Both the position numbers and the translations under genes were made by a program. Below are positions 1 through 12,377 of a stretch of 64,000 nt of DNA, piece by piece. Source of the DNA: Scyliorhinus canicula. Its lineage: Eukaryota. The stretch covers positions 7,192,001 to 7,256,000 of the forward strand of contig NC_052168.1 of the NCBI RefSeq assembly GCF_902713615.1, read 5' to 3'. The notes beneath the pieces were generated by a model, which was not told the origin of the DNA, ran no database searches, and saw nothing but the letters and a program-made list of their open reading frames with translations. How positions within the stretch are numbered: the first letter of the stretch is position 1; each line of letters opens with the position of its first letter.

Positions 1-1134
1 CCAGAAAATTTAGAATTGATGAGCCTGACATTGAATTTAGTTTTCCTGTAAGCACTATTGGGAGTTCCTGTAGATTCCCTGTATGGCACATGGGAATCTG
101 AAAAGTACTTCCTGGTTATTTAAGTGTGGATTAAAAATAAGTAGTTGCATTGTCAAATGTAGTTCATGCTACAAGGAGGAGAGACCCTGTTTTGAGATAT
201 TTTAAGTCCGATTTGGCTTTTAGGCTTGAGGTTTAATTTGCCACAAGAAATTTAGGATTATTTTTGTGAGGTTTATGGAAAATGTTGGTTGCTTCTGAGT
301 GAGCAAAGCAAAATATGCAGACCCTAGAGGCAGTCATGATCAGGTCACTGTACTTCTGCACCCCTGGAACGCCTGAAGTAGAGTAACTTGTTCCAAAAAT
401 ATTATCCACTTAATATAGATGTTTTTTCCTCCTGGAAAGCAATGGCCGTGTGTATATATGGGGAATAGTTGATTTGACATTGGGCTAGACTAAGTAGGGT
501 TGATAAAGCGCAAAAGTTTGTTTCACCTAGGTTTTAAAAACATCTGCATTCATGTCTTGCAGTTAGAAAGCCCAAGCACTTATTTTGCACACACAATACT
601 CTGTGCTTGATTAACTTCACCGGTGTCCTACTTTTCTTGCTAATTTTGTTATGAAGGAGTGAAGTGAGAGATTTAAACATTTCTAAGCTTACAGGCATTG
701 GAGCAGCTGTTTGGGAGGTGGGAGAAGAGTAGTAGTAAAATCAATTTTACAGGAAAGGAATTGTGTAATTAACCACCAGATTTTCTATACAGAGGATTAT
801 AGGATCCAACGAGCCCCTCTAATTTCCTGAGCTGAAAGTCTAGAGGTTTTGTAGTGCAGGTGGAACATAAGATCAAAGAATAATGCTAACAATGACTGCA
901 GATCGCTTTCTGTAGCAGTTTGTTAGTTTTAACCGCAGTTGTGCCCTGATCGTCTGATTGGCTTCGTAAATAAATTGGCACACTTTACATTAAACAAATT
1001 TGCCTCGCTTGGGCTTCCCTTTATGGTGTTAATTCCTAGCCTAACTTCAAAACCTGCTTTAGATATCACTAAACCCTCCATATTCTGAATTGAACTGATT
1101 GCAGCAAAATCTTGTCTGGCTGCGCTACATCCCA

Positions 1135-1475
1135 GGCAGCACGGTAGCATTGTGGATAGCACAATTGCTTCACAGCTCCAGGGTCCCAGGTTCGATTCTG
1201 GCTTGGGTCACTGTCTGTGCGGAGTCTGCACATCCCCGTGTGTGCATGGGTTTCCTCCGGGTGCTCCGGTTTCCTCCCACAGTCCAAAGATGTGCAGGTT
1301 AGGTGGATTGGCCATGATAAATTGCCCCTAGTGTCCAAAATTGCCCTTAGTGTTGGGTGGGGTTACTTGGTTATGGAGATAGAGTGGAGGTGTTGACCTT
1401 GGGTAGGGTGCTCTTTCCAAGAGCAGGTGCAGACTCGATGGGCCGAATGGCCTCCTGCACTGTAAATTCTATGAT
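1135..1475 (+). mobile_element. HE1-like V-SINE, tail type A (CR1-derived tail)
   Basis: tRNA-like head with box B GGTTCGATTC; core GGGTTTCCTCCGGGTGCTCCGGTTTCCTCCCAC; tail ending GCACTGTAAATTCTATGA. Confidence 0.9.
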
Positions 1476-2013
1476 CTAACCACAAATAAAACATTTTTAA
1501 ATCAGCATATGAAGAATAGCACCAATTTGGACTTGGGATTACACTTGTGTTGCATTCATAAACCGCAGCTTAAACTAAAAGCACAGTTACGTGACAAACG
1601 TGCTCTTCCAAATCCTTAATTTAGTTCCTTCATGGATACTTTACGTACGGTTAACTAACGCTGAAAAGGAAAAGAACATGATTTCGAGGCAGATGAGACT
1701 ATCTTGCGTATGACCAAGGTCTAGCAAAGAGCGCTTGTAGTACTCCAGTGCTGTGAGGTTATGCGCAAGTGTGACCTGCTGGTTGCTAAGGAGTGAATCG
1801 AGAGTCCTGGGGATTTTGGTTGCGCTTTGTTTTTTTTAGAACAATTTGGTTCTCACAGATACTGAAACACTTCTGCCTGAATTAGCCATTTTTCAACATT
1901 ATTTTTCCTTTTCTCCCACTTTTTTTGTCTTGTTGCAACTCTGTTATCAAAACACCAATATACTTTGTAGCCTGTACCCCCCTTGATCCTGAGCGTTTCC
2001 TGAAAGATTGACT

Positions 2014-2330
2014 TCACGGTAGCACAGTGGTTACCACAGTTGCTTCGCCGCTCCAGGGTCCCAGTTTCAGTTCCCGGCTTGGGTCACTGTCTGTGCTGAG
2101 TCTGTACGTTCTCCCCCGTGTCTGCGTGGGTTTCCTCCGGGTGCTCCGGTTTCCTCCCACAGTCCAAAGATGTGCAGGTTAGGTGGATTGGCCATGATAA
2201 ATTGTCCTTCGACAATAAGGTTAGGTGGGGTTACGGGGATAGGGTGGAAGTGTGGGTTTAAGTAGGGCGCTCTAGTGGCCGGTGCAGACTCGATGGCCCG
2301 AATGGCCTCCTTCTGCACTAAATTCTATGA
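2014..2330 (+). mobile_element. V-SINE type A
   Basis: Same head, core and tail as 1135-1475. Confidence 0.88.
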
Positions 2331-3383
2331 CACATCAATGGTATGGTAAGGATTAATACTGAGTTTGAATTTCATTTAAATACCACCTATCCAGGAATTG
2401 ACCTACCCGCATCTGTTTTATTTATTTAGGCAAATTTGGCTGGCATTTTCAGCTGTAGTGAACTCTGCACTTTCCTTAGGAACTTAAAGGGGCTTGCTGG
2501 AAGAGCGATAGTTGTGGTTAAATTTGCAGATAGTATACAGCAGAAGATGGGGTGTACATAAGTAGTGCAGAGGAGTTTAGCAAAATGAAACATAATTTAT
2601 AGCTGAAATGTAGAAGCTAGTTTAACTGCAGTATAACACTTCCAATTTTACTCCCTTAAAGCTAAAATCACAACATTCTCTTATTTATAAACTTCTATAT
2701 TGGCTAAAGTCACTAAAGCTTCATTACATTTTTACATCTGTGCATCATAAACACAATTTGGAAGCTCTAATCGTGTGTTTTTGAATTCATGATTATTTAT
2801 CAGAATTGTTCAATTGGATAAACATCTTCATACATCTCCCAGAACACTGATCCACTTCTCACACAACGCTGTGAAAAACCTATCTGAAATTTAATCACTG
2901 CTGGCTTAGTTACAAGTGGTCTGTAAAATGACATCACATCAATAACAAATACCGGCCGTTTTCATGCCACATTTCAGAGCTGCAATTGGCTGGCCCATAT
3001 TTTTTTTAAAATCTTGCACTCTTGATTTCTATCTAGGTTAAAAATGCCTTTCTGTGCTTTCTGTCTTTCCCCCTCTTGCGGGCATTCAGTTTATTGTTAA
3101 ACGACCACGTTTGAGGAATCCACAATGGACCGCATTTCTGGGAAACCAGTCAACAAAATGTGCGTTGGTTCACACTATCCAGAGTGATGTGGCTGGCTAT
3201 TAGCACTGCAGTAGAAATAAACAAAACCCCTTTTTTTTTAAAATCCTGAATTCCTTTAATTTCTTTCACCCTTGTGTCTTGAATTCATATTTTTTAAAAG
3301 CTCTGTACTTCCTAGAACATTATAGGCTTTCAAAAAAGGAATTTTGCAGCTCAGTGACCATTCATATACCCGTAAAACATTCT

Positions 3384-3414
<31 letters not shown>

Positions 3415-5410
3415 ATTTTAAAATGCAAAAGACCCTTTTTTTAAAAACCAAAGCTGCTCAAAACAAAAATTGTGCTCATTGAGTAAATTTGAGCCAGGTA
3501 AGCTGATGTGAAGGGATTCCCAGTCTACATCGTGGAGCCTTTGATACTCCAAGCAAATGGAAGCTTGCGAGAACAGAGAAGCAATGCTGGATTGGTAAAA
3601 ACAGGGTATTTTAATGACATTGGTAAAACGTGGTAAAAGTATTTTTTTATTTAAAAAAAAATACAGAAGGGATTGTCTGACTTGTGTTGAATTTTTCATC
3701 TTAAGAACTTGAATGTTCAAAGAATACCTGGTTTTAAAGAGGGATTCTCACCATCTTGCTCCTTGATTTGGGAGGAAACTCAACAATTGGGGAATCTTTC
3801 CTGGTTTTTATTGTGCCATTGCTGAGATAATTAGAAGTAAATTTGATGGCTGGCTGCAGTGGAGGTGAATTAACATGTACGGTGGAGGTGCCACACAAAT
3901 TCTGGATTGCCTGCTGTAGACTAACATTTGGCTTCCTGAAATCTCCTGGATCTTATCTCCAAACGAGATGGTTATCTATGTCAGTGAAACTGTCTCTTCA
4001 TTTGGATAAGAAAGCCCATGGGAAAGGGATGCTCATGCTACATTTTGACTAGAAGGGGTTTTGATAGTGAGACCCTCTCTTTAAAGAAATGTTATTATCC
4101 GAGCTGCAATAGCTTTTGGCAGCATTTTTGTGCTAATATTTCTAGCCTTTACATGCAATCTGCGTTTTCCCCCTCTCAGGCTAGGTCAATAGGAATTGTC
4201 CACTTCTGTGTATTTTTAGTCTGCTTTAAGTTTCCACCCGAGCTATTTTATCTTGGCAGTAATGTTGCTGGCAGGTGTCCGGTTCTCTTTAAGGTATGAC
4301 ATAAACACAGCAATCTCCCAAGTTCTGACTGCATTACAGTCTAGATATTTGTGGGTCGTAGACTATTGGATTAGATGATTCATCAAAGATGAGCAACCAG
4401 TCCTCTGAATCTGGACAAGGCTGCAGACACGCTGTGCTTAAATAAAATTTCTGAAGGCCACAGAATGTGAGAATTTAAAAATGAAACAACATACTTGAAA
4501 AAGAAATCTAGGTTAAAGTGTTTTGCAGAGGACCCTCCATTTGAGCAATCTACCAGATGCCAATTGATTATAATGTTAAAATGTCTTTAATTTATTTCAC
4601 TAGTGCTTCCAATAGGTTTTAGAGCTTTGAGGTTTAGTTCCCTGTGAAGAATTATGTGTTCTTGTAACTTTTCATCAGGTTACAGGATAAAGAGTTCTGC
4701 AGTTGAGCAACTGGGCAGATATTCCCTACTTCATTCCAGGCGTGTCACTACTCATCTTGAATTAGTCACATTGTCTGCCCAGCATGTGTCGTTCAGCTCT
4801 ACTCGGAAGGAAACTGTTTAATTTTCAACATCAAAGTGCGGACTTTTAAGTATTATGCGAACGTATTTCTGCAGGTTCAGAGCTCTTGTTTTGTGTATCA
4901 CATGGACACAGTGATGTAAAACTTTGAAAATCCAACAGATGCTGAAATTTGGCTGCTTCTGTTTTTTATATTTGCAATCACCTGGTTGTAGGTTGGTTAC
5001 ACTTGAGAGTGCAGTTTTAGTTATAACGTGTTGTTGCACAAAAAGATGACCATGTTCTGGATTGCATTTGGCCTTTTTGCTGCCACTGACATCTTGAACA
5101 ATGTTTTTATCCAGTTGCCAATGTTAAGTGCTGAGAGCAAGACACCTAAGTGTGTGGCAGAAAAATTAAACTAGCTTTACAAAGTGGTTAAAAGACTGGT
5201 ACAAAGGATTTGGCGGTAAGAGAAAGCTAGATTTTAATTTTCCCTATGTGTGGATTCAGCTCTGTAGAAGTTAGTGTTCTTTGGACATTCAAATTGTGGT
5301 GGTTTTGTAAATTTGAAAGGAGGAAAAAGCCACAAGTCAGACATTTTTCTCTAATACCGTTTTTTTTAAACCTAAGTAAATATATTATCTTTTGATTATG
5401 CTTGTTAAAG

Positions 5411-5492
5411 TAATCAAACGCCCGATGTAGAAAATACTTAAAAACCAAATCGCTGCTGAAAGCAGGTAAGGTGCAGTAAGTAAAGGGTAAAT
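5411..5492 (+). promoter_or_regulatory. Candidate poison/decoy exon (exon 7a-like) with three tandem 5' splice sites in the SNRNP70 intron
   Basis: AG at 5409-5410; in-frame TAG at 5428-5430; donors CAG|GTAAGG (5466), GCA|GTAAGT (5476), AGG|GTAAAT (5487). Confidence 0.55.
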
Positions 5493-7328
5493 CCTCAGCA
5501 GCAGAAAGTTACAAACAGTGGAAGTCGAAACACTGAACATTGTACCATCTGTTGGCAAGATAGCGCGTCCCGATTTTCATGAGTGCAGGGGGCTAAAGTG
5601 CAGTTTTTGTAAGTAAACGTACAGGTAAAATCTCTTTTCTTTTGTTAGTGGTGCTGTGTAGTGCTTATATCGACTTATTTTATTTTTCCTCTTCGTCCCT
5701 TCTCCAGTCCCTGTTTTTAATCCATTTTTCTTTCTCCCTGGTGGTGTATAGCGGATGGAAAACATTTTTAAAAACATTAACGCAGGACCTGTAACCCTGG
5801 TCAAAATGGCCCTGTTTTAGCGTGACTGAAACATAGTCTCATTGTTTTTTTAGATATGAGTGATGCAATGAATGAAAATGCTGACCTAGGCCACAAAAAT
5901 ACAATATTGGGTATTTTACCCTTATCCTGAATTTGCACTAATTCTGCAGAAGGCAGAGATTAAATATCTGTCCTCTTTCAAAGGGACCATAATTTTAATC
6001 AGAATTCAGTAATTAAACGATAAAAGCCCTGAAGAATAGGGGTCTGATTAGTTTGAAAGCAAAATTTAGCCAACTCAACTAAAAGTGGGAGAAGCTGGTT
6101 TGAAGATGTTGCATGGTGTTTTTTTTCTCGTCAAGTGTATTGAGATGAGTCAATGATAATGGCTCTAGGCAAAGATTGTTTTGAGTTAGGAAAATACATA
6201 GCGTTTAACAGCCTTCCATTTCAACAAGGTGGTTGAATACGGTGTTCCAGCATTTCCCACTCCCTTTTTAAAAAAAATAAAAATAAAAAATACATGCCCT
6301 TTTAGAAAGTGGGGAAGTGTTTATCAGGTTAAATTCCTCCTTTCCTATTCCGTTAGTTTGCTTGGTACAGTGGTCAGTTTCTGTTTGAAACCAAAGTGCA
6401 CCTGTGCTGTCTTTGCAAGCCTACGTTGGGTCATAGTCTGTCCGGCTTCAACTGGCCAGAGTTCTGAATATGTTGTAGGAAGTAAAACTTCCCTCCCATT
6501 TAACTCTTGGCCTGGTCTATACCTGACATTGTCAATTTGGAGTAAACCAGTTCTGTTTAATCTGCATCCTTCGGTCAATCAGTCCTGAATTAAAACATTG
6601 TCTTTGTTAATGATTCCTTTAGTTGATTGCCCTGTCACTCTTGTGGTTTGATAACCTTACATTTGAGTGCTGTACAAGGGTTTTCAACCATAAGTGCACC
6701 CAATTTTCGGTTGCTTTCAGAATTGGCTTGGTTTCCATTTTCTGTTGCAAGACAACCAATGACAGTTTTTATTCTGGTTTTTTCTTGGGGCCTAAATTCC
6801 CCCTAAATCTAGCAGAATTTAGTTGATTAAAGTGAGTGTGTGTGATGAGTGTTTGAGGAATGGATTCAATTAACAATTGTTCTAATAGATTTTTTTCCCT
6901 TTCCAGGATTAGATCTCAAAAGGTTCAGTGTTGTACACTAGCTGGGGTTGGCTCTTCCCTTTTCCAATGAAACAAATTCTTACAAAATAATACAATTTTA
7001 AAACTCTTAATTGTGAATAGTTGAAGCAGATTGTCCCAAGTTAAAAGAGCAAAAATAGCAGTTTCCAGAATGATGTTGTATTGGGAAAATGAGGAGCTAG
7101 CCCTGGTTCTTGCATTTCATTTAACAGCCTGCTTCCAAATGTTGAAGGAGGAAGGGGGGGATTTGGGGGGAGGGGGTAAACAGAACTTTTTTCCCCCTAA
7201 AGGTTTTGGTTCTGCATGAAAAGTTAATTGTATATTTTTCCTTTTTAAAAAGGGAGGGACTGGGTGGGGATTTACCATTTTCAATCCCACTGACTTTTAG
7301 TTGCTATTCTGGGCACACTCTGTTGCAG

Positions 7329-7430
7329 CTGCATACAAACACGCAGATGGTAAGAAGATTGATGGGAGGAGAGTTCTGGTTGATGTGGAGAGAGGCCGCA
7401 CTGTGAAAGGATGGCGCCCAAGGAGGCTGG
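7329..7430 (+). CDS. SNRNP70: U1-70K internal exon (human exon 8 equivalent), end of RRM
   Basis: ttgcag acceptor, gtaaga donor, 102 nt; encodes [33 protein letters not shown]. Upstream exons lie outside the window. Confidence 0.97.
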
Positions 7431-7469
7431 GTAAGATTGTTTTGTTTTACTCATTCAGGGGTGTGGGCA

Positions 7470-8060
7470 TCACCAGAAGGGCCAGCCATTATTGCCCATC
7501 CTGAACTGCCCTTGTGAAGATAGCAATGAGCTGCCTTGAATCACTACAGTCTGTGTGGTGTAAGTACTCCCACAGTGCTGTTAGGTGGTGTCCCAGGATT
7601 TTGAACAATTCATTTCAAGATGGTGCGTGTTTTCGATCGAAATTTGCAGGTGGTGATGTTTTTATGTACCTGCTGCCCTTGTTCTTATAGTGGTAACGGT
7701 TGCTGGTTTTATCAAATAAGCCTAGGTGTGTTCCTGCTTTGCATCTTGGAGATGATACACATTGTAGCCATGGTCCGTTAGCGGGGGAGCGAGTGAATAT
7801 TTGAGGTTGTGAATGGGAAACTACTAGATAGCGGGAAGGCTTTGGTTAGTCAGGATGCAAATTACTCCACAAAATACCCAACCTTTGGTCTGCTCTTTTA
7901 GCCACAGTATTTATGTGGCTAGTCCAATAAAGTTTCTACTCGACCATGACATTCACAATGTTGATGACGGGAAATTCAGCATTGACGATGTTGAATATCC
8001 AGGTGTAGTGGTTCGATACTCTTATTGGAGATGGTCATTACCTGGCATGTTGGAGATATG
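7470..8060 (-). mobile_element. Old CR1/L2-type LINE 3' fragment
   Basis: Same family end (plus-strand GGCCAGC...TTATTGCCCATCC) as 37525 and 49335; degraded. Confidence 0.65.
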
Positions 8061-8440
8061 ACTGATTAGAGCTCCTCTGCTTGTCTCGGGGGTTTTTGGG
8101 AACATTTCAGTTTAAAATTAAATGGGTGCGGGTATCCAGTCGCAGATTTATCTGAAACATGAGAAATCTATGTTGTCAAAAGACAGTGCTTACCTGGTGG
8201 ATGCCACACCTATCTAACTATCAAGTACTAGAACCACATGTGCAGACCTGCCAAGCCAGAGGAGGTGCGTTATGCAGCGATCTCTGCATAGTGAGAGGGT
8301 TTGAATCCCAGCTAACATTTGGAAGCAGACATGGGATGGGAACTATTGTGTGTCTGGCCAGTAAACCTTCCTCGGTGAATACCACATTGTAGGTGTCCAT
8401 TTCGCTGCTGTTATTGTTTTGTAGGGAAATGGTTGTTTTA

Positions 8441-8640
8441 TGTGGGTTTCCTCCGGGAGTTTCCTCCCACAGTCCAAAGACGTGCAGGTTAGGTGGATTG
8501 GCTATGATAAATTGCCCTTAGTGACCAAAAAGGTGAGGAGGGGTTATTGGGTTACGGGGATAGGGTGGAGGTGAGGGCTTAAGTGGGTTGGTGCAGATTC
8601 GATGGGCCAAATGGCCCATTTCTGCACTGTATGTTCTATG
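8441..8640 (+). mobile_element. V-SINE type A, 5'-truncated
   Basis: Core and CR1-type tail only. Confidence 0.85.
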
Positions 8641-9305
8641 TGGAGCAAGCTCCCTAATCACTGCTCTTCCGATACAATAAATTATTTTCGAGTGCTGAAA
8701 ATATTTCAGTAATTAGTTTCTTGCTGTCCTTATTTGAACTCTTGTCTGATCACTGAAAGCCTAAACGGCAGACTCAAAGCTGTGGGTATTTTTACTGAGT
8801 GGACTTAAATTTGCATGGTCCTGCCTTCCATTTGTCTCACATTCTTTACAAGTACAGTAAATTGATTTATCATTAAATTAGGGTTTGTTTTGACTGGTGT
8901 GTTCATTGATTAGCACAAGTCTTGACCGGTCTGCAGTAAAGTGCTCTCGCCAATGGATGACCATTCTTGCCTGGTTCCAGGTGAAGAGATCAGCAATAGT
9001 GTGGACAACAATTCACCACTCAATGGCACAATATCCTGCTTATAGACCCATTCTAGGTGTAGTGTGCTCCTGCTTCCTCACACTCCCAATTTCTTTTTAA
9101 TGAAGGCTGTTCAAACGGTCTACTTCAATTTTTGAACAACCCGTGGCCTCCCGCTCTCAATTTACAAAGTCAGAATGAGAGAACCTCTGTGTTAAGAGAG
9201 CGGAACCTGGGCCTTCTCTTTGATTTGATTATGAAGTAGCAGTGATGTCCCAGATCTGATTGCACACGATCCTCTGCTGCAAAGACCTGTTGCTTTCTTT
9301 TGCAG

Positions 9306-9393
9306 GTGGTGGACTTGGGGGCACTCGCAGAGGTGGTGCAGATGTTAATATCAAACATTCAGGTCGTGATGATGCTCCGCGATATGATGAAAG
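9306..9393 (+). CDS. SNRNP70: U1-70K internal exon (exon 9 equivalent)
   Basis: tttgcag acceptor, gtgagc donor, 88 nt, phase-compatible; [30 protein letters not shown]. Confidence 0.97.
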
Positions 9394-10494
9394 GTGAGCA
9401 GCATAGAAGTGCAGTAACTGGCATAGAAAGTGAGCAATCTGCTTTAAGTTTTCTGTGTCAAGCTAGAGACTTTTGCACCAGATTGCATTAGTGACCTCCA
9501 GCATGACTGGCAATTGTGTTCAATGAACTAGGGATCCAGTTGTAAATTGTGACACAGGCTTCTTGTTTATGGTTTAGTGATATTTTGGAAAATTTTATAC
9601 AATATCATATTTGGTTTTTTTTGTACTCCGAGCAATGCAGCTGAATTTGGTTTTGCTGCTGCACTGCTTGATTTGGGTATGTTTTCTTTTCTTGGGGCAA
9701 GCTGCTTATTTATTTTGACAAGAAGGTAGGGAATCTGACCCTTGAGGTGAGGAAGTGTTCCAGGTGTGTGCAGCTGCTTTGAAACCTAGCATCAAACGGC
9801 ATGTGGGAATTTGCTGCATAAAGGACCCGTTCTGCAGATTGATGGTTTACCACAACTGAATGCTAACTGCTGGACAAGGAAGAGAAAGAAACCGGCAGTT
9901 AGCTCTTTATGATATTGGAAAACCAGTGCTTCAGTGGTGACTCTCAATCTGTAAGTGCTGTTCTCATCATGTTTGCCTGTGGTGTGTTGATATCCCAGTT
10001 GGACCATTTTATGCCTTGTAATGCAGCTCGAGAGCCACCATTGCAGAGTTAGTCTTCAAGAACATTGTTTAGCTCCAATAATGAACGATAGCGGCGACTA
10101 CACCAGAAAATATCCATATCAACACTGAGCCTGTAATTCAGAACAATTCAAAAGCCTGTTGTTTGAAAGCAGCAATAATCCTAAGGAGTAAACAACTGCC
10201 TTAATGTTTCCGCTTTCCCTTTTAGTTTCCCTCTATTTGCAATTACTTGAAGTTACATTCATTGCTAATTATGTTATTCTTTAGCTCAATAAATTATTGA
10301 GCTGTCTGACTACAAGAAAATGCTCAGTGGCAATACAAACATCTTAAGAACTGCCACAGGAATCTTCTACCTATTATGGTGGGGGGGACGCGAGATAGGA
10401 AAGTGGGAGTTACAGCCACACTCAATCAGCCATGATCTTATTGAATGGCAAAGCATGCTCTATTTCTTACATTAATTTCAATTTTCTCCCCCAG

Positions 10495-11236
10495 GGACCG
10501 GGATCGTGAGCGAGACCGGGACCGCCGTGAATGCAGTGAGCGCAGCCGTGAAAGGGACAAGGAACGTGAGCGGCGTAGAAGCCGTTCCAGAGAGCGCCGC
10601 CGCCCTCGATCACGTAGTCGAGAAAAGGAAGAAAGGAAACCACGTAACAGCCGTGAGCGAAGTAGGGAGAAGGATAAGGACAAAGATCGGGATCGCAAGC
10701 GGCGTAGCCGCAGTCGCGATCGTAAGAGAGAGCGAGAGCGTGACCGGGATAAGGATAAGAAAGAAGAACGTACAGATGTAGACCAGCCTGAGGCAGGTGA
10801 CGGACCTCACAACGATGCACAGGCAGTCGACATAGTCACTGAACCCATTGAATCTAAACCTGAAGTGGAGGAGAAGAATAGAGAACGGGGAGATAGGGAT
10901 AGAGAACGGGAACGAGACAAAGATAGAGATAAGGATAGAGATAGAGACCGGGATCGGGAACGTAGGCGAAGCCACCGAGACAGGGACAAGGATAGAGACC
11001 GGGACCGGAGGAGAGATAGGGAACGGGACCGTGATAGAGACCACAAGCGAGACAGAGACAGGGACCGGGATAGAGACAGGAATAAGGAATCTGACAAACT
11101 ACAGGATAATGGGGTTCCAGAGCAGCTTGAGGAAACTAGTCAGGATATGTATATGGATCAGGAATCAATGCAGTCTGGAGATGGATTCATGGCTGAAAAT
11201 GGCTATCAAATGGAACCACCCACGGAGGGTTACTGA
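10495..11236 (+). CDS. SNRNP70: U1-70K terminal coding exon, RD/RE/RS low-complexity tail
   Basis: ctcccccag acceptor in the correct phase; two RD/RE-rich blocks; C-terminus [31 protein letters not shown] resembles vertebrate U1-70K. Confidence 0.96.
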
Positions 11237-11488
11237 AAAGGCCTGTGTTCAAAGTGGACTTTTACAATTGGACCAATATTTTCATTTTCCCTGTTTTGAC
11301 AGAAATCGCAACCTTATTTTGTTTGTTGGTTTTAAGCTGTAGTGAAGGAAGTTTTCAGCACGAGGTACTCGGTGCTTTTTCTTAAGGTGGGTAAGTTTTA
11401 GTGACTGTATCATAACAGGTGGCTTGGAATCCTCGTGAGCCTTGTGAAACTCGGTAAATGTTATTAATCTTTTTATGTTCTAATACAC

Positions 11489-11494
11489 AATAAA
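11489..11494 (+). terminator. SNRNP70 polyadenylation signal
   Basis: AATAAA about 250 nt after the stop codon. Confidence 0.7.
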
Positions 11495-12058
11495 CCCCGT
11501 TTTTAAAGCCATCCGATTCAACTGTGTACTCTTGCGTACAGGTGTCCCATCAGTGAGATGTTGGCTTGGGTGAACATTTGCCGCATTGTGCACCTGTGAT
11601 TACATCAGGTACTCAGTTGCTTCTAGTGAGTATAAGACCCCTAATGGAGTAGGAGGCTCTCGCTGCTGTGTGCTTTAAAAATCTACATGCAGTCTTTTGA
11701 AGGTAACGGATCAGAGGGCAAAATTGGCAGTTTTGGTGGAAAGATGTCTACATCAGCCTTTAAACAGTCTGAGAATTTAAAACAATAAACCTTTAAATGT
11801 GTCATTGATGCTTGGCGTGCCTTTCTTTATGTGGTCTTGTGTTTCGGTCATCTGTTGTACTTCAAAATGAATGCCCTCATTTTCAGTATTTACTGCGCTG
11901 AAGAACAGATAGCCCCAGATGTGCTCTTGATGTTCCGTGGCTCTTGTCAAATAAATTCTGGTGTGGTGAAGCAATTGAAAGCTGACCACTGTTAATATAA
12001 CCGTAACTCCTCCTAACCAGTCCCACTGGATCATGCCGGAACTCATTCTAAGTTATTT

Positions 12059-12377
12059 GGGGCCTCACGGTAGCATGGTGGTTAGCATCAATGCTTCACA
12101 GCTCCATGGTCCCAGGTTCGATTCCCGGCTGGGTCACTGTCTGTGTGGAGTCTGCACGTCCTCCCCGTGTGTGCGTGGGTTTGCTCCGGTTTCCTCCCAC
12201 AGTCCAAAGATGTGCGGGTTAGATGGATTGGCCATGCTAAATTGCCCGTAGTGTAAGGTTAATGGGGGGATTGTTGGGTTACGGGTATACGGGTTACGTG
12301 GGTTTAAGTAGGGTGATCATTGCTCGGCACAACATCGAGGGCCGAAGGGCCTGTTCTGTGCTGTACTGTTCTATGTT
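12059..12377 (+). mobile_element. V-SINE type A subfamily
   Basis: Tail GCTCGGCACAACATCGAGGGCCGAAGGGCCTGTTCTGTGCTGTAC; a closely similar copy lies at 47024-47347. Confidence 0.9.

Noticed and set aside
1135-1215. tRNA genes at SINE heads (many copies)
   Set aside because: A and B boxes are present, but there is no full cloverleaf and each continues into a SINE core.
3384-3412. Long C/G homopolymers (also near 24735, 27783, 37210, 41680, 46011) read as poly-Pro or poly-Gly
   Set aside because: Non-coding; their lengths are unreliable in assemblies and no specific function is supported.
10438-11342. Overlapping antisense and alternative-frame ORFs (SR/SL-rich)
   Set aside because: By-products of the low-complexity RD/RE coding sequence of SNRNP70.
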